Positions 27,650 to 35,900 of a DNA stretch of 57,079 bases are shown here, in pieces. This stretch comes from a virus (Duplodnaviria; Caudoviricetes). Location: IMG/VR virus record IMGVR_UViG_3300017781_000010, positions 1-57,079 of that record; one strand, written 5' to 3'. The notes under the pieces are model-generated. The model made no database searches and was not told the origin of the DNA. It worked only from the letters and a program-made list of their open reading frames with translations. A program made the translations under genes and the position numbers. Each line of letters opens with the position of its first letter. Position 1 is the stretch's first letter.

Positions 27650-28510
27650 TTAAAATCCCCTGTAATAGTTTTCACGATCAGTAATCTTGTTATCAAGTGT
27701 TTCGCAAAATTTATTAAATTCTCTGTGACTAGTTTCATATGCATTGTTAACAGTATCTATCCAATAATCTATTTTTTTGGTTTGTTTTTGGCTTATACCT
27801 AAACTAGGCAAAATATGTTTATCATAATAATCTTTATGCTGTATAATAGTAGGATGTCTATCAACTGTAAATACTGACTTGTCTTGTACAGATGTAAATT
27901 TATATGGTTTAGTTTCATGATTCCAAGCAAATGTTCCTACTGGTTTAATCCATTTGCTCTTATCTTCAAATATTCTTTTATATACTTTTAATGCAGGCGA
28001 ACTTTCCCATATATCAATTTCAGGCATTTGTTCTCCGTGATCATTGCTAGGATAGTCACTATTCATTTTACTAATATATCCCATACTAGTCATACGCCAA
28101 TTACATCCTATACCGTTTAAAAATTCTTGTGTTAGTAGTATGTTGTTAAAGGTATGCATCATATAACTTGTTTCAGACCAAAATGTTTTAATCCATTGTT
28201 CATCAAATATACTTTGATTAATGTAATTAAATAAACTGCCAGATGTTTTCCATCCTGCATTATCTTGATGTCTAGTATCAGTTGCATGCCAGTCGTGTCT
28301 TAAATGACTAGTCCATTGTACTATAACTGTATCGTCTTTTGTTAATTTATTTCTTGCATGAATTTCAGCAACACGTTCTGCTAATGCTCTATTGCCTAGT
28401 CCTGGAAATGCCCAATTTTCCCATTCATTAAATTCTAAGCCTAGCATGTCTGCCCAAGTAGGCCAAGCGTAATTAGTAAATGAGCATCCTAAAACATATA
28501 GTCGACTCAT
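27650..28510 (-). CDS. SGNH/GDSL-like hypothetical protein (possible esterase or acyltransferase)
   Basis: N-terminal 'VLGCSFT', 'AFPGLGN', 'VIVQWT', late 'DRHPT...H'. Confidence 0.55.
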   Translation of the reverse strand: MSRLYVLGCSFTNYAWPTWADMLGLEFNEWENWAFPGLGNRALAERVAEIHARNKLTKDDTVIVQWTSHLRHDWHATDTRHQDNAGWKTSGSLFNYINQSIFDEQWIKTFWSETSYMMHTFNNILLTQEFLNGIGCNWRMTSMGYISKMNSDYPSNDHGEQMPEIDIWESSPALKVYKRIFEDKSKWIKPVGTFAWNHETKPYKFTSVQDKSVFTVDRHPTIIQHKDYYDKHILPSLGISQKQTKKIDYWIDTVNNAYETSHREFNKFCETLDNKITDRENYYRGF

Positions 28511-29493
28511 TTTTTCTCTTTAACAACTTTCTCTTTCACAACTGTCTCTTCTTCTGCATCTGGATCAATTTCACCTTTTACAACACCAACAACATAATTT
28601 TGTAGTGCGTCATCTAACTGCATAAGTTTTTCATTGTGTCTATTAACAGTTTCGTCTTGAGTAATTCTAATAGGATCATATAATCTATCAGTCATTCCTA
28701 AATCAATTACTTTAATACCTTCTGAATTTGGGTAACTTACATTTATTGGAAATGTTGCACCAATCACGGCTGTTGTAGGAGTGCCTACAGCATATGCTAA
28801 GTGTTGTCCTACACTATCGCAACCTAAAAAGTGATCGCAAAATTTAATCATTCCAGCCCACTGGCGTAAACTTAATCCTTCTGGCATTGCTACTTCTTGT
28901 TTAATGCCTTCTCCTTTGAATTCCATTTTCATTTCACTCATCATTACAATAGCGTAATCTTTTTCTAATTTTTTTATTAAATCTTTTAGGTCTTTAAATT
29001 CCAAACTACGTGCAGTAGTATCGATTGGAGTATCATCTAATATTTCAATACCTCTACCAAATGGTTGAATGCAAATAACTTTTTCTTTTTTAATTTTTTC
29101 TTTTACTTCGTTAACTAATTTGCGTCCTACAAGCATTTCATCTTTGCTTAAATTAATGTAAGGTTTATTTAATTTTCTTACACCTTTGTTATTAAAAATA
29201 ATATCAAATGCTTGTGATAAACTACATTTCTGATTGTAGTATTCCCATACTTGGTACGGCTCTGGATTTACTACTTGCCTATGTTTTATAATATCTTCAA
29301 ATAAATTTTTGTGCCAAGGATCATAAGCACGTTTATGTAATGTTGGATGACCTTTAAACATGTCAGTACCGCCTTCACATACTATTACAAATTCTTTGTC
29401 ACCTGATTCTTGTTCATATAATTCAAGTGCAGGAATTGAACATAGCATACGCCCTGCGCCACCGTTTAAAAAAAATGCTTTACTTCTAGTCAT
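28507..29493 (-). CDS. GT9-family (ADP-heptose heptosyltransferase-like) glycosyltransferase
   Basis: N-terminal 'NGGAGRMLCSIPAL' (cf. xGD...P), 'ICIQPFG', C-terminal 'SLRQWAGMIKFCDHFLGCDSVGQHLAYAVGTPTTAVIG' (cf. DSGxxHxAxAxxxPxxxxFG). Confidence 0.75.
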   Translation of the reverse strand: MTRSKAFFLNGGAGRMLCSIPALELYEQESGDKEFVIVCEGGTDMFKGHPTLHKRAYDPWHKNLFEDIIKHRQVVNPEPYQVWEYYNQKCSLSQAFDIIFNNKGVRKLNKPYINLSKDEMLVGRKLVNEVKEKIKKEKVICIQPFGRGIEILDDTPIDTTARSLEFKDLKDLIKKLEKDYAIVMMSEMKMEFKGEGIKQEVAMPEGLSLRQWAGMIKFCDHFLGCDSVGQHLAYAVGTPTTAVIGATFPINVSYPNSEGIKVIDLGMTDRLYDPIRITQDETVNRHNEKLMQLDDALQNYVVGVVKGEIDPDAEEETVVKEKVVKEKK

Positions 29494-29508
29494 CTATTGT
29501 TACTCCAT

Positions 29509-29559
29509 AAAAAAAATCGGACTCAACAATAGTTATTAAAAATACTGTTGAATCCGATT
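29509..29559 (-). terminator. Long hairpin plus U-tract upstream of the GT9 gene, with late-promoter-like ATAACTA at the loop
   Basis: Minus strand AATCGGATTCAACAGTA...TATTGTTGAGTCCGATT then TTTTTT; the two mismatches are G:U pairs on this strand. Confidence 0.65.
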
Positions 29560-29586
29560 AAGATTGGATATAGAATTTTTTAGTTT

Positions 29587-30282
29587 TTATTGATCTGCTG
29601 GATCTACAAAATTTGGCATCACTGTATCAGGGTATGGAATTTTCCAATGATTAATATCTGCATATTTTGTTGGAATAGACTCTAACCATGTAGCATGATC
29701 GCCTAGTGTTTTCTTTTCAGCATCAGTTAAATTATTGTGTGCGTCACCGTCTGATGAAATAGCACGTCTAATACCTGCGGCCATTGCGGCCCATGTAGCC
29801 AGTGTATCATCTCTAGAGTTGTTATGTGTACGCAACTGTGGTTCTGTCCATGTTGATGTTTCATGATTGTATAACAAACTGTCACCAATATAAATGTGTG
29901 CTAACATACCAGTTGAACCTTCATATACATGTTCCCATGTGTATTTGTCGCCATCTGCATCAGTAATTTCTTCTGAATAATCTGCTACATCTGGGTGTGT
30001 ATAATCATCTGTAATAAATGCACAACGAGCCGCCATTGCATCGCTTTCCGCCGCATCCATTACGATATAATCGTATTCATCTGGTTCATAACCTTTTGGG
30101 TCAATTGCTGGGTCAGCCGCAGAACTATCACTACGTCCTGCTTCTCTAACTTGGTCGTCATCTCTGTCAACCTGTGCTAAGATCCATCTTGGACCTGTAT
30201 ACGTACATTCAAACGTATTTCCTTTCGCAGTGGTCGTTTTGTACGGCTCATCTGCGTAAGTTACTGTAAAAGTTTTGTTCAT
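29587..30282 (-). CDS. Putative tail fibre assembly chaperone / tip-associated acidic protein
   Basis: Directly after the Cys-rich genes; C-terminus 'HATWLESIPTKY...WKIPYP' resembles the 'YRqaLRDiP...WP' end of phage tail-assembly chaperones. Confidence 0.5.
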   Translation of the reverse strand: MNKTFTVTYADEPYKTTTAKGNTFECTYTGPRWILAQVDRDDDQVREAGRSDSSAADPAIDPKGYEPDEYDYIVMDAAESDAMAARCAFITDDYTHPDVADYSEEITDADGDKYTWEHVYEGSTGMLAHIYIGDSLLYNHETSTWTEPQLRTHNNSRDDTLATWAAMAAGIRRAISSDGDAHNNLTDAEKKTLGDHATWLESIPTKYADINHWKIPYPDTVMPNFVDPADQ

Positions 30283-30327
30283 TTCTATATCTCCGTTAAC
30301 TTTTTCTATATTTAGTTAATATATTTA

Positions 30328-31284
30328 TTAACTCTCTATGTATTTGATTCTAATTAAGGCATCACCGCCTGCCCAACCGTTATCTCTAACACCCGGACAT
30401 GGAGTCGCCGCTGGACCACCAGAACCATGTGGTACAAACATTGAACAACCCTGCGTATCATAACAACCACATGCTCGAACTCCGTTCCAACAGTTTGACC
30501 AATATGTACCGCCTCCTGGCATTCTTGATAATCCGTTTAGTGCATTTTGGTAACCATTTAGTGTTGCTCCGGACCATCTAGCGTGACCGTTATCATCATC
30601 TAATGCGTAAGATGCTACACCGCCACATGTACTAAACATTCCTGCTGGAAGTGCAGTATGGTGAATAGTTGAACAGTTACAGTTTGGATAACAATGCCAG
30701 AATGTAACACAACTGTTTACACCTGGACAGTTAGTATCACCGCCGTATGCTTGGTTTTTCCAACTGTTGTTACAAGCATTACAAATAATACCACAGTATC
30801 CTGAATATTGCGTTTTACACCAACTATTAGCCGCAAAACAACACCAACGTGCTGTACCAGTTGTACACCAACTAGCACCACTCCAACCACCTTGAGCACA
30901 CATGCACCCACTTTGACCGCTGTTACCAGTCCAACATGCGTGTCCTGGTTCTGAACAACCTCTATGACAGAGTCCACTGCCTCTACAACTTTTACCTGCG
31001 TGTCCACATATGTAACAACCGCTTGCTACTGAAATAGTTTTCTTTGCGTATGCTCCTGAGTTTCCTGAAATTGTTGCTGAACAACAACACATTCTTGAGC
31101 CACTACCGCCTGCTCCCCAAACTTCTAATTCAACTGCGCCTGTTCCTGGAGAAATCCAACAGAAACAACCTGGATATGTTGAATATGTAGCAATGTTAGA
31201 ATAAGACCAAATTTTGCCTTTTTCTATATTGTCCTCTGTGAACGGGGACGCTCTACTTGCTAATAATGCTCTTAATCCTGCCAT
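30328..31284 (-). CDS. Cys-rich, Gly-rich-domain putative fibre-tip protein (paralog 1 of 3, 318 aa)
   Basis: 'ELEVWGAGGSGS...GNSGAYAKKT...GGDALIRIKY' glycine-rich frame; about 31 Cys by manual count. Confidence 0.7.
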   Translation of the reverse strand: MAGLRALLASRASPFTEDNIEKGKIWSYSNIATYSTYPGCFCWISPGTGAVELEVWGAGGSGSRMCCCSATISGNSGAYAKKTISVASGCYICGHAGKSCRGSGLCHRGCSEPGHACWTGNSGQSGCMCAQGGWSGASWCTTGTARWCCFAANSWCKTQYSGYCGIICNACNNSWKNQAYGGDTNCPGVNSCVTFWHCYPNCNCSTIHHTALPAGMFSTCGGVASYALDDDNGHARWSGATLNGYQNALNGLSRMPGGGTYWSNCWNGVRACGCYDTQGCSMFVPHGSGGPAATPCPGVRDNGWAGGDALIRIKYIES

Positions 31285-31298
31285 AATTGCTCCTGTTC

Positions 31299-32255
31299 TT
31301 AACTTTCTATAAACTTAATTCTAATTGCACCCATACCACCACGTGTTGCGTGATCACGCACACCTGGACAAGGTTGTGGTCCTGGACCGCCAACTCCATA
31401 TGGTAATGTACTTTGACAACCGTTTGTATTATAACAACCACACATAGTATCATTTTGGTAACATGCTTTCCATGTTAATCCTTGACCTGGTGATCTGCCT
31501 GTACCGTTAATTGCCGCTAGTGCTTCATTTTGTCCCATACCTGACCAACGTGAGTGTGATGAGTCATCTGACATACCGTACTGAACAACTCCGCCACATT
31601 CTGAAATCATTCCTGGAGGAAACGCAACCATGCCTCTAAACAAACATACACATGAAGGATAGCAACCATGGAATCCCATACATGAAATATTTCCGCATCT
31701 GTTTACATCTCCGCCATATGCAATAGCGTCCCATTGACCCGAACACTGGTTACAAATTGTACCACAGTTTGGTCCTGTATTTGTGTAACAAAATCCGTTT
31801 GCTCTAAAGCAACAGTACATGCTTGGTGATGTTGAGCAAATACTTACTCCACCTTTACCACCTCTAGCACACATACAACTGTTTCCTGATGCCGCTACCA
31901 TACAAACCATTGTTGGTTCTGAACAGCCTCTAAAACATAATGAGTCGGAGTTACCACATGCAAATCCTGTACAACCGTACATGTAATCTGATGTTGTCAT
32001 TACTTTTGTTGTTTTTGAATATGATCCTGAGTTACCTGGTAATCCATTACCACAGCAACACATCTTTGCGCCTGAGCCGCCTGCGCCCCAAACTTCAATT
32101 ATTGCAGTACCGTTTGAACATGGACACCAGCATGAACACTTACAAAACTTTGCGTAAGTATTGCCTTCGGAGAAACTATAGATTCTACCTGTCTCTAGGT
32201 TATCTTCTCCACTGGCTGGCTGTTTTGCCTTGATTAGTGCTTCTAATGATGCCAT
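31299..32255 (-). CDS. Cys-rich, Gly-rich-domain putative fibre-tip protein (paralog 2 of 3, 318 aa)
   Basis: 'IIEVWGAGGSGA.MCCC...RGCSEP...PCPGVRDH..RGGMGAIRIKF'; about 33 Cys. Confidence 0.7.
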   Translation of the reverse strand: MASLEALIKAKQPASGEDNLETGRIYSFSEGNTYAKFCKCSCWCPCSNGTAIIEVWGAGGSGAKMCCCGNGLPGNSGSYSKTTKVMTTSDYMYGCTGFACGNSDSLCFRGCSEPTMVCMVAASGNSCMCARGGKGGVSICSTSPSMYCCFRANGFCYTNTGPNCGTICNQCSGQWDAIAYGGDVNRCGNISCMGFHGCYPSCVCLFRGMVAFPPGMISECGGVVQYGMSDDSSHSRWSGMGQNEALAAINGTGRSPGQGLTWKACYQNDTMCGCYNTNGCQSTLPYGVGGPGPQPCPGVRDHATRGGMGAIRIKFIES

Positions 32256-32269
32256 TTAATTCTCTCCTA

Positions 32270-32602
32270 TTATACCGAGCCAACAACCCAACCGTATGTA
32301 GAACCTGTATAAATTAATGTAACAATCGCACCACTTACGTCAATGACTAAGTTTTCTGCTGATCCATTAATTACACTACTGTTTCTACCAACAGTTATGT
32401 TATTACTTGCCGCATTGTTTGAAATGTCAATAATTTGTATTGTATCATTTACTAACAATGAAGCATTCGCTGGTAAAGTTATAGTGTATCCACTACTGGC
32501 AGTATTTGCTAAAATTCTGTCATTTACCGTGGCACTAAAAGTTGTACTTACTTCTCGAGTAGTTACACCAGCAGTACCTGTAGTTGTTATATATCTTCCC
32601 AT
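32270..32602 (-). CDS. Small fibre connector protein (T4 gp34 proximal-fibre-like beta domain)
   Basis: 'ILANTASSGYTITLPA...DTIQIID...NNITVGRN...LIYTG..YGW'. Confidence 0.6.
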   Translation of the reverse strand: MGRYITTTGTAGVTTREVSTTFSATVNDRILANTASSGYTITLPANASLLVNDTIQIIDISNNAASNNITVGRNSSVINGSAENLVIDVSGAIVTLIYTGSTYGWVVGSV

Positions 32603-32626
32603 GGTTTTATCCTTCTCCTATTGTAT

Positions 32627-32947
32627 TTATGCTGTAGACGTTTCAATGCCCATAGCGACTGCTGAAATGTTAGCGCCTGAAGCGTAACAAACAATTTTTT
32701 GCCCTGCGGCTAAAACTATTCCAGTTCTTTCTAGCACACCTTTGGATAATATCTCTGTATCATATTCAATATACTCTCCGTTTGTTGGTGTAGCCAAATC
32801 AGCAACAGCAATTCTAACTGACGTTGCCTGGTTTCCTCTGTTGCAAATGTTTATACTTGCAACCGCATAGTTATCAGTAGGACATTCATATACTGTAGTA
32901 TTTGCCCCTCCTGTTAAATCTGATGCGCCTATTCTTCCTGTTGCCAT
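32627..32947 (-). CDS. Small beta-sandwich connector (paralog family with 43746-44075 and 54631-54969)
   Basis: 'TVYECP...SINICN...IVLAAGQKIV'. Confidence 0.6.
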   Translation of the reverse strand: MATGRIGASDLTGGANTTVYECPTDNYAVASINICNRGNQATSVRIAVADLATPTNGEYIEYDTEILSKGVLERTGIVLAAGQKIVCYASGANISAVAMGIETSTA

Positions 32948-32959
32948 TTTGTTTCTCCG

Positions 32960-35900
32960 TTAATTATTTAGGAACATACTTAATGCTACTGGAGCACCGT
33001 CTATTCCGCCTTTAAAGTTTACTGCGTTAAGTATATTTATCCTACCGCCGTCTGTAGTTGATATTTGGTTCTGAGTAACCTCAATCACACCTGCTGTAAC
33101 ACTGTTAACGTTCAATGTAGCAACACCACCACCAATTTGTGATGTGATGTACGTTTTGATTGCTTTTTGTGTTGGAACAACACTATCACTATCAGCACTA
33201 AATGTACCATCTGTGCTAAATTCTGTAATTACTGCTCCTGCACCACCAAGTGCAACACTACCTAATTGTAGTTCGTTTAGTCCTGAAATATTAAATGCTT
33301 CAACGTTTAGTGTAGCAATACCTGTTGCCTGTTCAACGTTAAACAATCCACCAACTCTAAAGTTACCATCTTGGTCAGTACTTGTGTAGAACACTCTTCC
33401 TCCACCAAAATCGTTTGTTTCATATTGTGGATCTGGATCAGTTAAAGGTGCTCCAGGATAGTTTGTATTACTAAAGTTACCTGTACCAATATCTAGGAAA
33501 TCGTGTCCTGTTAAACGCACTTGTGAATAACGTCTTCTAATAGTAATCGGGTCATTGTGTGGAGGTCTTTCTGACTCTAGAATTGCTGGACTAACTTGCA
33601 ATAATGCACTATATGGACTGTTACCTAGCAAGTTTGTAATACTTACAAGTTTAAACCATCTGTTAGGTAAACTAGCAAATTCAACATTAGAACCTTTTTG
33701 TGGAATAGCATCTAAATTATCAAATCTAAGTTTTGTACCGCTTTGTCTAATATCTGCAAAACCGTCACCTACTACTTCTGCACTCGCTGTAATAAATCCT
33801 GTACCTCTGTTTGAGTAAGTAGGTTGTGCAAGCACACCATTACCAATTCTTACTGTATGTGGAACTTCAACTGTATGACTCGGATCAATTAATGTCATTG
33901 ATGGAGGATTACTATATCCGCTACCTGGTTCAATAATTTTAACTTCAACAACTTTTTCGTCTGCTACTCTTGCTCTACCTCTTGCTCGTGTACCACTTGT
34001 TGGTGCACTGAATATTACTCTTGGAGTAATGTCATACGCTGAAGTAGCATCTAATGTTGCCGCTATTGCAGAGCCCTTAACATGTTCCCATCCTGATGAA
34101 CCGTCTGATTCTTTTGTAATAGTTGCAACTTTTGTTGCCGCATTAAATGAACTAATAACACCGTACTGGCCTGCTCCAAGTCCACTTACAAGATAAATCA
34201 TCATACCGTTGTATGTGCCTGTTGGATTAATATCAGTTGCCGCAAGTGTAATTTGCGTAGTATTTCCAGCCTGTGCATTTGAAGCAATAGTAACAAATCC
34301 TTCGCCACCGTATACTGATGAGTCTGACTCAAGTTGTACTTCAAATACTCCACCGCTTCTTACTGTTACTGCACTTACTGCCGCTCCAAAACCTTCACCT
34401 TGTAATGAATATCTTGTTGCCGCACCAATTGTTGCAACTTTAAATGTTACATTTGCCGCTCCACCGCCGCCAACTAATGAATCATTAATTGTAATTGTAT
34501 CTGCGATAGCATGTCCTGTACCACCTTTTATAACTGTAGGTACAATTCCACCTACTGATGTAATTTCAAGATCAAATTCTTGTCCTGTACCACTTCCTGA
34601 ACTTGAACCTGTAATACCTTTGTACGTACCTGCTACTCTTGCTGGATCGTTATTTGCTATATTGTCAAGTGTTAGAATTGCTGTTGTGGCTTCAGTTGTG
34701 TAACCTTGTCCTGCATTTGAATATTCTAATTGTAAAATTTCATTTGCTCCATCAGTTAGAACATTTGAAATTTGTGCTTCTAATTGCTGGTTATCAACTT
34801 TACCTAACACTGGTGTTTCTGTAACATCAATACCTTCTGCAACTGAACCAAAGTCTCCGTATGAGTTGTTTCCGTTAGTAGCACGTATTTTACCACCGTT
34901 TTCTGCTAGGTATCCAATATGGTTGTAATATGTAAACACAGAAACAAGTTCTGATCTACCTAAGTTTGTAACCCAATAACCAATACCATCACTTAAGATC
35001 TGTGTAAAGTCGTTAGCAACAATTGAATCGTTACCGCCGTCATGTAAATCTCCATCTACTTTTAATCCAATACATGCTGTACCAAATGTAGTTACGTTTT
35101 GTACGTAAGGTGATTTATTTGTAATCCATGCTTCAGTATGTGCTGGACCCCAACCTGGATCTAATGAAACATACGCTCCTGCTGTTGGACGTTTAGTTCC
35201 GTAACCGTTTGCTCCACTTAGTGATCCAGTCAATCCTGTAAGTGTACAGTTACGTATACCTGTTCCGTTACGTGCAAAGAACATATCTTTTAACAAGTTA
35301 CCTTCTACTGAGTGTACATAATATTTTGCATTTAATAGTGATCTATAGTTACCTGAGTAAATTAAGTCATGTTTTACACCATCAATATATGCGTTCATAT
35401 CTCTTGCACAAGCCGCTAGTGTGTAAGTATAACTTGGATAAGTTGCCGCAATATAAGCATGTACTTCTGCAATAATAAAGTCTCTATTTGCTTCTATTAC
35501 TTCAACAGCATATGTATATCCTGTTGATGTTTCTGGAGTATTTGAACCGCGCATAGTTGGCATTGTACTATCGCCTGATGCACCGTTTACACCCCAATCA
35601 ATGTAATCATAAATTTCTCTAAATAAGTTTTCTGCCGCAGTACCTGCACTTGCATTACCTGCTGGTCTTGTTGTAACTTGAGTTGCACTGTTTCCTGTTG
35701 ATTTTGTAATAGCAACGTTTTGTACAATATTGCTAATAACTGCTGAAATTCTAGTAAGAGCCGCAATACTTTTTGGAACGTCTGCCGCACTTGTTTGACT
35801 TGGTGCTGGTTTAATTCTTGTTGAACGTAATTCGTCACCAACAATAGCAACATCTTCTGGAATAATAATTGGAAGTACTTCTTCGTATTCTCCAGTTTTT

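Noticed and set aside
30328-32255. Cys-rich proteins as RiPP precursors or selenoproteins
   Set aside because: Too long for typical precursors, no radical SAM/YcaO/Lan enzymes in the window and no in-frame TGA; they carry a phage glycine-rich structural frame
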